Below are positions 41,201-50,492 of a stretch of 64,000 nt of DNA, one piece after another. The stretch lies in sequence record NC_048821.1; one strand, given 5' to 3'. Both the position numbers and the translations under genes were made by a program. Under the pieces are notes generated by a model. That model searched no databases. It had not been told where the DNA came from and worked only from the letters and a program-made list of their open reading frames with translations. Position 1 is the first letter of the stretch, and every line of letters begins with the position of its first letter.

Positions 41201-42603
41201 ACCCGGTTCATGAACTTAAGGAACAGGAAACAGTAACCTTTGGTGGTAACAACGGTCGTAACGATGTATCCATGGTTCGTCGGACTCGTGGTCAGTTGCC
41301 AACTTACAAAGGTGTGATTTCGGAAGCAGGTAAAGACTCGAGCAAAGTCGGTTACGTAACTTATACTACTTCAAACCCTAAGATCACGGATTTCCGTGGT
41401 AACGTAGATTTAAGTCGTGACGTAGGTAATGCCGGTCTAGGCTCTGTGACTATGAACCTGATGCCGGGTGCGAACAAGGATGACCCTAAACGTACGTTAT
41501 TCTCAGGAGTTCAGCACTCACAGGGAACTAGTGCCGTTAACTACACACCTAACATCATGCGCTCTCCTTATGACCTTGTAGTCGCTCACCGTACTTCAGA
41601 ACTCTACTCTAAACCTGCTAAGCAAAACGGTAAGGTTTTAGAGGTGACTTCGGAAGGTATGAAAATCGAGTACGAAGATGGTACCATCGACACTTATCCA
41701 TTAGGGATTAAGTTAGGGGATGCGGCTGGTGAAGTTCACCGACATAACCGTGTCACTGATTTAGTTGCCGGGGATACGTTCAAGGCGGGAGAAATCCTTG
41801 GTTGGGATGAGGTTTATTTCCAACGAGATATGGTTAACCCTCGTCAAGTGGTTTGGAAGTGTGGGGTGATGACACGCATTGCTCTTATTGAGAACCAGTT
41901 CACGTTCGAGGACTCTATCGAAATCTCTAAAGAGTTTGCAGAAGAAACTAAAACGTCGTACATCTTGGGTAATAAGTTCTACTTAGGTTTTGACCAAGGT
42001 CTGAAGATGCACGTGGATATTGGTGATGAAGTAGACTACGATACGATTTTATGTCACATCGAGGATGCGTCCTTGGTTGGTGTAGAAGAAGATCCTGAAG
42101 ATGATTTCGGTGTTCTGGACCGAATGGGCACTCGTCAAGAGAAAAGTAACCATCATGGTAAAGTGGTGAAAATCGACGTTCGTTATAACGGTAACTTAGA
42201 AGACATGTCAGAACCATTGCGTAAGTTTGTGGCTAAACACGATCGACTACGTAAGCGTTCAGCAGCAATTACTGGAGATGGTATCGTGAGCGGCAACGTT
42301 GCAGGTGGTCGTGGTATGCGTGAATCTCTTGAACCGGGACAAGTCTCTATTGAAGTCTTTGTAGAAGAATTCATCGAAACGTCTACTGTTGATAAGTTCG
42401 TTATCGGTAACCAGATGAAAGGTACGGTTGGGAACATCTTCCCTAACGAGTACTTTACCAAAGATGGACGTAAAATCCAAATACTGTTCTCTTTCAAATC
42501 CCTGTTCAACCGAATGGTACTGAGCCTTCGTGACAAACTAGTGACTAACGAATTGGTCGCTCACTCAACAAAACAAATGATCGATATCTATCGAGGTAAT
42601 TAA
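38242..42603 (+). CDS. Virion RNA polymerase beta N-terminal/large subunit (phiKZ gp178-like)
   Basis: 1453 aa; GVISEAGKDSSKVG, FEDSIEIS, DKFVIGNQMKGTV (KxxxRxGQKG equivalent). Confidence 0.9.
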   Translation: MQDQQPFYLGEEIDGLEAMYPLFFKEYVLRRKNDLTNPAFHSLSDIELPRDSILFYYPKHTNDLGPSNHEPLINNYPDIVNIGFDSHYVIESGKARPAPLDERKQIQKYRNGHYRYKYARNIKTPMGRSKELVVINNALGVLKWNYVPNRFLAFDKSYNQLASLLDVVNQNAEGNKRQLFFRMELPNQVPIFTKFTEYFRHYEKCFELNKEGELEFTGPNDQAIRDLKRTGAFWLLDWFAWLSGKYEYSLFNRLSDDALERLNIVFTKHGKAVILKPGLLRSWLDELNKTVKVDGEEQIDYNTSQRQNAVKRTLAVFMRMIAQANVEEVEQHDDDTTSKEANTKENGDGPIGSHESEEEELGEEIADLDSADDSDLFNDFLNGRKTDVDGLPGQSGEEPSGGGSGSDSETTGSQETIESWTDELDDAEFVTEEVLQPTSHSRMVDESPEAGIRRAIERKARDGQLTKSQQDFFLRQAERYKDLAMPNGQTLEEFMRIDEEMLRNLPSKVAPEMVGVQDTSYLESTVAHLKKGYVEHFMMRDMVKAIIAVQQAGICVTNFEQETIHNVDGTYDVFKVQFHPVGGKPVTRSFRIARVDKDGTFTVDGKKRTKALQRMDLPIRKMDDYRVGLNSYYGRKLIISRSKMAADDYGLWLSKQVRKRALKDDFELFVGNTYSNQYALPRTFTALSRRFKGIKTKDVEFVFDVKEIVKRDPTLESKMTATSAVIGFKGKTPVVIDEYGNLKAGKEGLGPIEAYLGIDIQKAPMDTANVNINGYRFPMGVVLSYYFGFDELLKILKVEPKVIPGGVRVKLESDEFALRCADETLVFNRRDPMTSLVFGGMSKLNNLHSFNRVDMNDPGIWVTAIDNPKVKPSHFQEMTNMFDMFIDPITRDELKRLGHATSFDYLLIEATEMLRTEQHEHEVEIKEQRFIGYESFAGSIYHQMTSSARQYWGKAMDGRATFDLNPESVMMEACLKDTSVDMVQEVNPVHELKEQETVTFGGNNGRNDVSMVRRTRGQLPTYKGVISEAGKDSSKVGYVTYTTSNPKITDFRGNVDLSRDVGNAGLGSVTMNLMPGANKDDPKRTLFSGVQHSQGTSAVNYTPNIMRSPYDLVVAHRTSELYSKPAKQNGKVLEVTSEGMKIEYEDGTIDTYPLGIKLGDAAGEVHRHNRVTDLVAGDTFKAGEILGWDEVYFQRDMVNPRQVVWKCGVMTRIALIENQFTFEDSIEISKEFAEETKTSYILGNKFYLGFDQGLKMHVDIGDEVDYDTILCHIEDASLVGVEEDPEDDFGVLDRMGTRQEKSNHHGKVVKIDVRYNGNLEDMSEPLRKFVAKHDRLRKRSAAITGDGIVSGNVAGGRGMRESLEPGQVSIEVFVEEFIETSTVDKFVIGNQMKGTVGNIFPNEYFTKDGRKIQILFSFKSLFNRMVLSLRDKLVTNELVAHSTKQMIDIYRGN

Positions 42604-42604
42604 A

Positions 42605-43459
42605 ATGTCATTCGCGTTAATTGGCGCTGTAAAACGTATCCAGTTAGGTTGTTTAATCGCTGGCACGTACAACAGCAGTATTGACGGCATTTGGGGTAAG
42701 GGTAGCCATACGGCTGCCCTTGGTCTTTTTAATGTCGTTTCAAGTAAAGAAGAATTAGTGGATATCCCGGCATGGTCAAAAGCCATTGACGTAGTTAAAG
42801 GGTTCCAACGTAATGCTCAACTAACAGGCTTTTACATTGGTCGTGTTGACGGTATCTGGGGCAAAGGCAGTCAAGCAGCCTTAGATAACTTAGTCCTAGC
42901 CAGTCGTCGTTTTAACGGTCAACCTGATTTAGATCTGGCATGGTCTGAACGTGTTTGTCCTGAATTCACCCGCATTGTTAAAGAGTGGGTTGAGGCTCGA
43001 GGTTACGAACACCATGTTGGTGACTACGTGATGTCGATTATGGCGTTTGAGTCAGGTCGTACATTCGATCCTTCTATCCAGAACCAGGGTGGAAGTAATG
43101 CCTTTGGTTTAATTCAGTTCATGGCACCAGCTGCGCAAGACCTAGGATACAAATTAGATGAGATCCGCAACATGGGTCAAATCGAACAACTAGAGAAATG
43201 CGTGTTACCTTACTTCGACATGCGTGCCCGCCGTAAACCTATGCGTAATTTAGAAGACTTTTACTTGAGTGTTCTCTATCCGGCTTATGTGGGTAAAGCG
43301 TTAGATGAAGTTTTATTCCAAGAAGGTAGCGTAGGTTATCGCCAGAACCGTGGTTTGGACAAAAACAAAGACGGCAATATTCTAGTGGGTGAGATCGCCG
43401 AAACGATCTACCGCATGTATTACGAAGGCATGAAGCCTAAGAACCGGAGCATCATTTAA
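42605..43459 (+). CDS. Endolysin: two peptidoglycan-binding repeats plus lytic transglycosylase/lysozyme-like domain
   Basis: IDGIWGKGS and VDGIWGKGS repeats; MAFESGRTF...GLIQFM. Confidence 0.8.
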   Translation: MSFALIGAVKRIQLGCLIAGTYNSSIDGIWGKGSHTAALGLFNVVSSKEELVDIPAWSKAIDVVKGFQRNAQLTGFYIGRVDGIWGKGSQAALDNLVLASRRFNGQPDLDLAWSERVCPEFTRIVKEWVEARGYEHHVGDYVMSIMAFESGRTFDPSIQNQGGSNAFGLIQFMAPAAQDLGYKLDEIRNMGQIEQLEKCVLPYFDMRARRKPMRNLEDFYLSVLYPAYVGKALDEVLFQEGSVGYRQNRGLDKNKDGNILVGEIAETIYRMYYEGMKPKNRSII

Positions 43460-43620
43460 TGAATAAACCTGAACAATACGTTGAGGATGTTTTAGTTATT
43501 GCGAACATCCAAGAAGTAGCACGTGGTGTGCTAACTAAAATTGGTTTGGAAGTTCTTCCTCCTGTGGAAGATTCCAAGGTTGTTGAAATTGTTTCTAAAG
43601 CAATTAAAGAGGAAGCGTAA
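43459..43620 (+). CDS. Small protein (53 aa, not in the ORF track)
   Basis: TAATG overlap with the endolysin stop; fills the gap to the next gene: MNKPEQYVEDVLVIANIQEVARGVLTKIGLEVLPPVEDSKVVEIVSKAIKEEA. Confidence 0.65.
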   Translation: MNKPEQYVEDVLVIANIQEVARGVLTKIGLEVLPPVEDSKVVEIVSKAIKEEA

Positions 43621-43622
43621 TC

Positions 43623-45116
43623 ATGATTAGTACTAACTCAGTCTTGGTGGCGGCTCCGATTGCTTTATCCCGTCAAGAAAAAGAACATTCTCTTTTAGAA
43701 CACACTGCTGACTTCATCCACTCTTTAGTGGAAGTGAGTACAGGTGGCACACCATTGACGCCAGAAAACTTAGTAAAGGAAGTACCGGCTGGCACTGGTG
43801 CTACAAGTGATCATACGCCGTTGCAGAACCAATCGGTTGACATGATCGCTGAAGGTGTTAATCGTGCGTTTACACAAATCCGTACTTACTTGCGTCCAAT
43901 GGATGCGGAAATCCGTGAAGGTGTTCATCGCATTTATACGCCAACTAGTGCTATCACTGCTGTACATAACAACTTGTTCATCAGCTACGTCGAACTAGAC
44001 CATCCGTTCTTTGACTCTAACTTCTTCCCAACTAAAACACCGGACACTGTTTTTGACTACGAAAACTTCGCAGCTAAAAACTTGAAGCAATGGTCGGACC
44101 GTTTCCCTGTATTGGATGAAGAAGGTGTTGCGAAGTTACTACAAACAGCAAGTGAAGACCTCCACGCTCAAGTCGATCTAGAGCGCGCCACCGAAGTCTA
44201 CAATGAGTGTTTCGTTACAGGCAATTGGGAATTGTTGTTTAACGTTAACAACGGAGTCTTTGAACTTGGTAATGTGCGAAAGAACGCGAGTAACCTAGCT
44301 CAAGCGTACATCATTGCTTCACGCCTTGATGTAGAAGAGAATGTACTGGAAGGTGTGAGTCGCATGACTCTGGACCAATACCGTGGTTATATCCACCAAA
44401 TCCTTTCAGTGACAACTCACGCCTTACAACGTCTTCGTCACAACAACCGTGAACTGGCAAAACTCAAGCTCCCTGTCCTAAAAGTGGATATGGCTGATCG
44501 AGTTTATGAATACGGTACCGTTTCTGGAGACTTGACAGTAGGTTTGACCGACGCGGCAATTGCTGAACTTGAAGCAACAGATACTACGTTATCTGAAGTG
44601 TTAGTGGGTTACGCCAAGGCTTGTTACGATAAAGGTGGTGCAGGTTCTTTACCACTACCGCTTTCTGACGTTCAAGGTTACGTCTCAATTTACCGTGAAT
44701 ACATCGGCATGGTGAAATCTAAGATCATCTCTGAATCGGAATCCCGTGTTAAACAGGTGGTTGAAAACGCCGTAGTGAACTTCCAGAAGAAACACGGTGA
44801 GCTCAGCGACCGCCTTAAAGGTACCGAAGGTGATCTACCTTACCGTCGTCTATACGACTCAGTAAAAGACGTAGCGGACACTTGGGTGGCTCAATACAAA
44901 GAACGTGTTGTTAACCAAAACGTTCCCGTTGACGAGTTCCTAGCGCGTCCTCAGTTATCCATTGCTGTGGCTCGTAAACTAGGTATGGTGTTGGCAGCGG
45001 ATATTCTAGAGCGATCTGTGGTCACTAACGATATGTCGTTAGAACAACAACGTGTCAAACTTGCCGAAGCAGTCACTGAGTGTATTGTTCGCCTGTGCCT
45101 AGGTCGTTACCTTTAA
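43623..45116 (+). CDS. Probable head/virion protein (497 aa)
   Basis: Position between vRNAP beta and the protease as in phiKZ-like phages. Confidence 0.6.
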   Translation: MISTNSVLVAAPIALSRQEKEHSLLEHTADFIHSLVEVSTGGTPLTPENLVKEVPAGTGATSDHTPLQNQSVDMIAEGVNRAFTQIRTYLRPMDAEIREGVHRIYTPTSAITAVHNNLFISYVELDHPFFDSNFFPTKTPDTVFDYENFAAKNLKQWSDRFPVLDEEGVAKLLQTASEDLHAQVDLERATEVYNECFVTGNWELLFNVNNGVFELGNVRKNASNLAQAYIIASRLDVEENVLEGVSRMTLDQYRGYIHQILSVTTHALQRLRHNNRELAKLKLPVLKVDMADRVYEYGTVSGDLTVGLTDAAIAELEATDTTLSEVLVGYAKACYDKGGAGSLPLPLSDVQGYVSIYREYIGMVKSKIISESESRVKQVVENAVVNFQKKHGELSDRLKGTEGDLPYRRLYDSVKDVADTWVAQYKERVVNQNVPVDEFLARPQLSIAVARKLGMVLAADILERSVVTNDMSLEQQRVKLAEAVTECIVRLCLGRYL

Positions 45117-45132
45117 TACAAGGACGGGATAG

Positions 45133-45867
45133 ATGGAACCCAATAAACTTACCCGTAACCAACTATTAAACCGTAAGGTCCTTAAAGTCCTAGAGGACGG
45201 TTCCGTTGTTGCTACCCGACACTTAGTCGGGTACATTCCTCAACGCTTTGTAGAATCCAGCTTAGCTACAGTCACAGACGTTGTAGAGACCATCGGTGCG
45301 ATTGGGTTTGTTGATCCTAAGACAGACCAATACTTCAGTATCTTTGTGCAGAGTAAATTCACGCTAATGCCAAGCAACATGGGTGAAGAATCTGTAGACG
45401 GGCAACGTTACTTAACTATGGAGTTCGAAGAAGGCGATTTAGTCTTTAAGAGTTTGAGTAGTATCCAAGATGCGAACTTAAACTTCTTTTTCTATCGTGA
45501 ATTCTCTTGGTTAAGTAAACTCCCGTGGTACACAGACTCGAGCAAAGTCCGCAGTATGTTCGACCGATCTAAGACAATCACTGGACGAGTAGTGGGAAGT
45601 TCTCCAGCGGTATTCCGTGTCTTAACCTCTTTAAACGAGCGAGACCCAGACGACCCTAACCAAGCTTATCGTTACTCTAAAGCGATCGTCGAAGGACGCC
45701 CTCCACTCACCGTTGGTCTCAACAACGGTAGCTTGCTGATTGACGGCACTTACAACCGTTTGATAGGTGGTTACGACCAAGATAACTTGATCATGGCGGT
45801 ATTGGAAAAAGATACTAAAGTGACAGCAGAAGAATTAATTATCAAAGGTGGTTTTGCTGATGAGTAA
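45133..45867 (+). CDS. Conserved virion protein, candidate small vRNAP-associated subunit (244 aa)
   Basis: Position immediately upstream of the prohead protease; RLIGGY motif; assignment by recalled synteny. Confidence 0.45.
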   Translation: MEPNKLTRNQLLNRKVLKVLEDGSVVATRHLVGYIPQRFVESSLATVTDVVETIGAIGFVDPKTDQYFSIFVQSKFTLMPSNMGEESVDGQRYLTMEFEEGDLVFKSLSSIQDANLNFFFYREFSWLSKLPWYTDSSKVRSMFDRSKTITGRVVGSSPAVFRVLTSLNERDPDDPNQAYRYSKAIVEGRPPLTVGLNNGSLLIDGTYNRLIGGYDQDNLIMAVLEKDTKVTAEELIIKGGFADE

Positions 45868-46756
45868 CACACTAACATACGGTAACATCGAATTAGCGAT
45901 GGCCGAGAACAAAGGGGTATTAAAACCCAACGCTGACGGCTACTACCGTATAGCAGGTGGTGGTTTTAACATTCCTAACCGTTTGGGTATCACGTACCGA
46001 ATGAACCAATATTTACTGTCTTGTTTAGAACAAGGCGATACAGTAGGTAGTGGTAGTGATCTTCGTCGTCGTATTGAACGCGGCGAAGCTTACATGGAAA
46101 TGAACCATCCAGTTCAGTGGTTCTATGAAAAGATCGATGGTAAAGTCGTCCGTACTCAAATCACCGATTTGATGACATGGATCAATCGACTTAAAACTAT
46201 CGACATGGATCGAGTTTGTGCTAGCATTGGTGAAATCCACCCAGACTTCAGTAAGTTCGATCCTCGCACTTTGAATGGCCCTGTGACGTTCGATATTGAA
46301 GCGATGCCTCACGGTCCTTTCGGTCACATGTTCAAAGAAAACCTGGACACACCGAAAATGGGCACTGCTGTTAGTATCCGTACCGTAACAGCTCCTCAAC
46401 AGTTTGGTTCAGTGGTTCGTGAAGTCGAATACTGGACTGGTTTGGACTGGGTACCTGAACCTGGATTTGCAGAAGCAACTAAGTACCGCACTGGAGTTTC
46501 TCAAGTAGGTGGTTTAGAGTCTTTGATGCAAGACCTAGGACACCGCGATGAAAACACTGGGTTAACTGTATCAGCGGCTGAATCCATCGAACTTATGGAA
46601 GCAGCATTAGGTAACAAGAACCAAATCGTTACTCGTGAAGGTATGGAATCGTTTAACCAACTTAACGACATGCTGGCAACGCTTAAGAAAAATCACCATA
46701 TTGTTGATGGTAAGCGTGAGGTAGTTAAGTCGGTCAATCCAATGACTCTGTTCTAG
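45860..46756 (+). CDS. Prohead serine protease (phiKZ gp175-like)
   Basis: YMEMNHP, TAVSIRT, DWVPEPG motifs. Confidence 0.85.
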   Translation: MSNTLTYGNIELAMAENKGVLKPNADGYYRIAGGGFNIPNRLGITYRMNQYLLSCLEQGDTVGSGSDLRRRIERGEAYMEMNHPVQWFYEKIDGKVVRTQITDLMTWINRLKTIDMDRVCASIGEIHPDFSKFDPRTLNGPVTFDIEAMPHGPFGHMFKENLDTPKMGTAVSIRTVTAPQQFGSVVREVEYWTGLDWVPEPGFAEATKYRTGVSQVGGLESLMQDLGHRDENTGLTVSAAESIELMEAALGNKNQIVTREGMESFNQLNDMLATLKKNHHIVDGKREVVKSVNPMTLF

Positions 46757-46865
46757 ACCTTATTAAGTGGGCGGGGTTTCCCGTCCTCTTCTTTGCTTTT
46801 AATAAATTTTTACTTGGGTGGTTAATATATTGGTAACTACTCTAATTCAAAAAAGGAACACGTAA

Positions 46866-47531
46866 ATGTACGTATCATACACACAAAAACTGGCTATCAT
46901 CTCTACCATGGCATCGGTGCGCGGCGAAGTGATGATCATAAAAGGTTTAGAAGAAGGCGGGCGTACTGTTTGGAACAACTATCGTGACAAGGCTACTGGT
47001 TCTCACTTGATCGAAGGCGTTGCGTTCAGTAACTTGAAAACAGAGTCTTTGAAGTCGTTCTCAGCCGCAGTACTGAAACTGGCTTTCGACGCCAAAGGTA
47101 AAGTACTAAACGGTTACAGCGATGACATGATTGTCGAGAAACACGACCGTTTCACTTCAACTATTTCTCGCCTAGCAGCAGTGAACAATCTTACTTTTGA
47201 ACGAGCGTTTTCTACTATCATGTCTACGGTTGTCGGTTACGATCAAACTATGGTTGAATCCATTCTGGAAATGAATGAAACCAAAGAAGACATTGCTAAA
47301 CTGACATTTGAACACGGCATCCGCAAACATGGTCTAGCTGACGCAGAATACGCCGACGTGATGGTAGTGAGTGCTTTGGACCCAGAACTTATCGAGCAAC
47401 TGCATGAACAACGTGACTTGTTCTGGAACGAAGCTTTAAATAACGTTGCAGGTAAAGACTACCTAGATGCTTTCGAGATGGTTAAAGACATTATTACTGT
47501 ACGTGTAGTTCAACCTAACACTTTACAGTAA
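46866..47531 (+). CDS. Hypothetical protein (221 aa)
   Basis: AAGGA SD. Confidence 0.75.
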   Translation: MYVSYTQKLAIISTMASVRGEVMIIKGLEEGGRTVWNNYRDKATGSHLIEGVAFSNLKTESLKSFSAAVLKLAFDAKGKVLNGYSDDMIVEKHDRFTSTISRLAAVNNLTFERAFSTIMSTVVGYDQTMVESILEMNETKEDIAKLTFEHGIRKHGLADAEYADVMVVSALDPELIEQLHEQRDLFWNEALNNVAGKDYLDAFEMVKDIITVRVVQPNTLQ

Positions 47532-47545
47532 TTGCTAAATATTTT

Positions 47546-47566
47546 TAAACCTATATAACTTAGGTG
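47546..47566 (+). promoter_or_regulatory. Putative early promoter
   Basis: AAACCTATATAACTTAGGTG. Confidence 0.65.
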
Positions 47567-47643
47567 AAGAAAGACCACAGCGTCAAGGGATAGGTCATCA
47601 ACTGATTCCCTTTTATTATCATTAATCGTAATCGAGGTTACTC

Positions 47644-48090
47644 ATGTCTAAAGAAACTCAACCAAACTACTCTGATCTTCAAAAATCGCTTATTGAAAAT
47701 CTAAAGAAAAATCACGAATACAACAAAGCGACCAATGTGGTAGTTTTTGATGCTGACAAACTAGAGATGCCGGAGGGTGTAACTAGCGACACGATTCAAA
47801 ACCACGTGAACTACTTTAACCAGTTAAGCGGTGCGGTGGAAGTGACTAACGCCGAAATCACACGCGAATTACATAAAGAGAACGAAGAACACCTCATGAC
47901 CGAAGGTACACTAAACCTTCCTGGGTTGACGTTCAACACCCAACACAACCTCCGTATAGAAGTTGGTGATGACACACTTTATGGCGGTAGTACAACCATG
48001 ACGGACTTCCAACACACGGAAGAAGCTTCGGATTGGTTGGCGGCTCAGCGAGAGTCAAATGAATCTTTAGCACGTAAGTTGTTTAGCTAA
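47644..48090 (+). CDS. Hypothetical acidic protein (148 aa), apparently monocistronic
   Basis: Own promoter and terminator; GAGGT SD. Confidence 0.75.
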   Translation: MSKETQPNYSDLQKSLIENLKKNHEYNKATNVVVFDADKLEMPEGVTSDTIQNHVNYFNQLSGAVEVTNAEITRELHKENEEHLMTEGTLNLPGLTFNTQHNLRIEVGDDTLYGGSTTMTDFQHTEEASDWLAAQRESNESLARKLFS

Positions 48091-48096
48091 GCATCT

Positions 48097-48126
48097 GACC
48101 TCTACTCCTTCACGGGAGTAGGGGTT
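48097..48126 (+). terminator. Terminator (CTACTCC/GGAGTAG family)
   Basis: Stem with the same TTCACG loop as 6743-6748. Confidence 0.8.
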
Positions 48127-48164
48127 CTATTTGCTTTCTTATTTTTTTACTTATAGTTCTTTTC

Positions 48165-48184
48165 AAATCTATATAACCTAAGTG
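48165..48184 (+). promoter_or_regulatory. Putative early promoter
   Basis: AAATCTATATAACCTAAGTG. Confidence 0.65.
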
Positions 48185-48234
48185 AATAACAATGTGTTAT
48201 TCATCATTCATTAACCTTTACTAAGGAAATATTT

Positions 48235-48678
48235 ATGTACATTACTATCGCAGTTATTGCGCTACTTTTCGTAGCGTGGGTTGTTTACTCTTACCATAAT
48301 CGAATCGATGCTTACGAGTACGGTGGAAGTATTTTTGGTAATCGTGTTTCACTTACCTTCAAGACCAAACAAGGTGACCATCACATCATCCTAGAGTTGG
48401 GTCAGCATGACGAAGAACATCGGTATGACGGAGATACATTAATCATCACTCGTGCGGTAGCGGATGCTGAGTGTCTTCGTAGATCGTTCACCGTTAAAGA
48501 CATTCGAGAAAGCGGCCCGGCTGGTGAGTTCCTTTACAAAATCATGACTGATAATCTTGAGGACGAAGACTTCATGTTCCGTCATGCTTCAAGCATGCGT
48601 AAATTACGTAAGTACGTGCTTTCAAACTTCATGACGTTACAACTACGTCACTTGTATACCAAGCAAGTTGTTTTGTAA
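48235..48678 (+). CDS. N-terminally membrane-anchored protein (147 aa)
   Basis: YITIAVIALLFVAWVVY. Confidence 0.75.
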   Translation: MYITIAVIALLFVAWVVYSYHNRIDAYEYGGSIFGNRVSLTFKTKQGDHHIILELGQHDEEHRYDGDTLIITRAVADAECLRRSFTVKDIRESGPAGEFLYKIMTDNLEDEDFMFRHASSMRKLRKYVLSNFMTLQLRHLYTKQVVL

Positions 48679-48739
48679 GCACTAAAGTAATTCGATAGGA
48701 GGAACTCCCTCCTATCTTTTTAGAGCAAGTGAGGTTATC

Positions 48740-48847
48740 ATGATTAAACTATTTTTCTTTCTATTCGTCGCCTACTACTTCATTAAGTTTATTCGAACTT
48801 GGTGGCGAGCTTTAAATAATTTCAACAAACTTTTCAATAAGGATTAA
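48740..48847 (+). CDS. Small membrane peptide (35 aa, not in the ORF track)
   Basis: GAGGT SD; MIKLFFFLFVAYYFIKFIRTWWRALNNFNKLFNKD. Confidence 0.55.
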   Translation: MIKLFFFLFVAYYFIKFIRTWWRALNNFNKLFNKD

Positions 48848-48851
48848 GTCC

Positions 48852-49325
48852 ATGAACCTATTAGTTATTCTACCAATCACTCTTCTTGCTCTAGTACTTT
48901 GCATTGTAGTTTACCGTCAATACAACGTAGACGGTGTTGAATCACTATTTATGCGTTGGTTCGATACTGGTGATCGTTTTACAGTAGCAGTTTACAATAC
49001 TGAAACAAACGACCACGAACTAACTCTTATGGTGGTACGTGACCGTACTCGCCCTACTGAGTTAGTATATGACAACGACAACAAATCATACGTACTTTCA
49101 TTAGGTACAAACCCACGTGAGCCTTACGAGACTCACATGCGCGCTCTAGAAGCTTTACAGTACAACCAAATCGAACGTGAAGGTAAAGAACACATCCTTT
49201 ACAAAGATCTTGAGATCATCCGTATGATCATGACCGATACTGTGGACCCTCGCTTCAACGAACAAACTAAAGATCAATTCGAGACGGTACGTAAACAATA
49301 CGCACACTTCTTGGACAGCATGTAA
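48852..49325 (+). CDS. N-terminally membrane-anchored protein (157 aa)
   Basis: LLVILPITLLALVLCIVVY. Confidence 0.75.
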   Translation: MNLLVILPITLLALVLCIVVYRQYNVDGVESLFMRWFDTGDRFTVAVYNTETNDHELTLMVVRDRTRPTELVYDNDNKSYVLSLGTNPREPYETHMRALEALQYNQIEREGKEHILYKDLEIIRMIMTDTVDPRFNEQTKDQFETVRKQYAHFLDSM

Positions 49326-49353
49326 TACCACCGATAATAAAAGAGAAATAATT

Positions 49354-50013
49354 ATGGAATTCACAACTTTACAAGCAGCGTTAGCTATCATCTTTACTTT
49401 AAGCGTTGTGGCGCTTTACACTTACTTTAACGGGTTACGTCGTGACCCTAATAAAAGTTTCACCTTCGAAGTAACCAATACACGTGGTGTTATTATTGTG
49501 AAAGCGTGCAATGCCATAAGACCGGAGCTTGGGTTTGAAGCGCATTTCTATCCAACTAAAAGAGAGAAAGTGGAAGAGTTTGTTAAAAGCATTGACGGGG
49601 AGGAGTTGGAAATCTTTGCTTTCCGTGAAGGTCGTCAACGTCCAGCCTACGCTAAACCTCACATGCAACAATACTTCGGAAAGCGTGTCTACACGTTCCG
49701 TGGTGTGAATACTGACTCTCATTACTTGGACATTAACTTGTTGGGTGAACAGATCATCGACATTTGTTTGCAACAACAATTAACTACGTCTGAAGACCGT
49801 GTCAAGTTTGATATGGGTCTGTTACGTGATCTATTGTTTGGATTCGAATACGAAGAGATGCAATTAGCTTCACAAGTGTATTCACCGGAGATGTTTAACT
49901 CTATCGTATCAGCGAGCAAAGAGTTCTCCAAAGTGAACGCATTGAGTTACAAAATCCAATCGGATTCTGTTCAACCTAAAGTTTCATACAAGTGGTTGCA
50001 ACAACCAGCATGA
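49354..50013 (+). CDS. N-terminally membrane-anchored protein (219 aa)
   Basis: AALAIIFTLSVVALYTYF. Confidence 0.75.
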   Translation: MEFTTLQAALAIIFTLSVVALYTYFNGLRRDPNKSFTFEVTNTRGVIIVKACNAIRPELGFEAHFYPTKREKVEEFVKSIDGEELEIFAFREGRQRPAYAKPHMQQYFGKRVYTFRGVNTDSHYLDINLLGEQIIDICLQQQLTTSEDRVKFDMGLLRDLLFGFEYEEMQLASQVYSPEMFNSIVSASKEFSKVNALSYKIQSDSVQPKVSYKWLQQPA

Positions 50014-50492
50014 CTTTAATGTGGATGGGATTATTGGTCGTGGTTTTAGTGGGGGCGGGGATACACGCCCTCAATACTAAATACCATGGTGTTGGTGACT
50101 TTTATTACGTTACCTTGAGGACAGAGGAAGCCGGAAGATTGGTGCTCAATTTCGAGTGCTCTGACTCCAACAAGTCTTTCTCTTTAGTGTTAATTTCTAA
50201 TGGATTAGAAAACGTCTTAGATGAAGAATTGAACACCAGCAGTGACTCGTCCACTACTTATTTGAGTTACTACACTGGTAAACATTTCTACACGGGTATC
50301 ATGAACCAGATTCAAACGTGTCTCTATCTAAGTAGAGGAGACCGTCAACTGAAAGAAAGGTTATTGATAGTCCATGATCTAATCGCTCTAATCTATCGTC
50401 AGCAAGACACGATGCGAATCACTGATAAAGGTAACTTTGAAGTGGGGTATCGTGCAGCTAGGTGTATCAAGGCTTTAGGGAGAATACCATGA
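50010..50492 (+). CDS. N-terminally membrane-anchored protein
   Basis: ATGA overlap at 50010; MTLMWMGLLVVVLVGAGI. Confidence 0.7.
   Translation: MTLMWMGLLVVVLVGAGIHALNTKYHGVGDFYYVTLRTEEAGRLVLNFECSDSNKSFSLVLISNGLENVLDEELNTSSDSSTTYLSYYTGKHFYTGIMNQIQTCLYLSRGDRQLKERLLIVHDLIALIYRQQDTMRITDKGNFEVGYRAARCIKALGRIP

Noticed and set aside
46820-46840. AATATATTGG as another early promoter
   Set aside because: Lacks the AC and downstream GTG of the consensus; too weak to call
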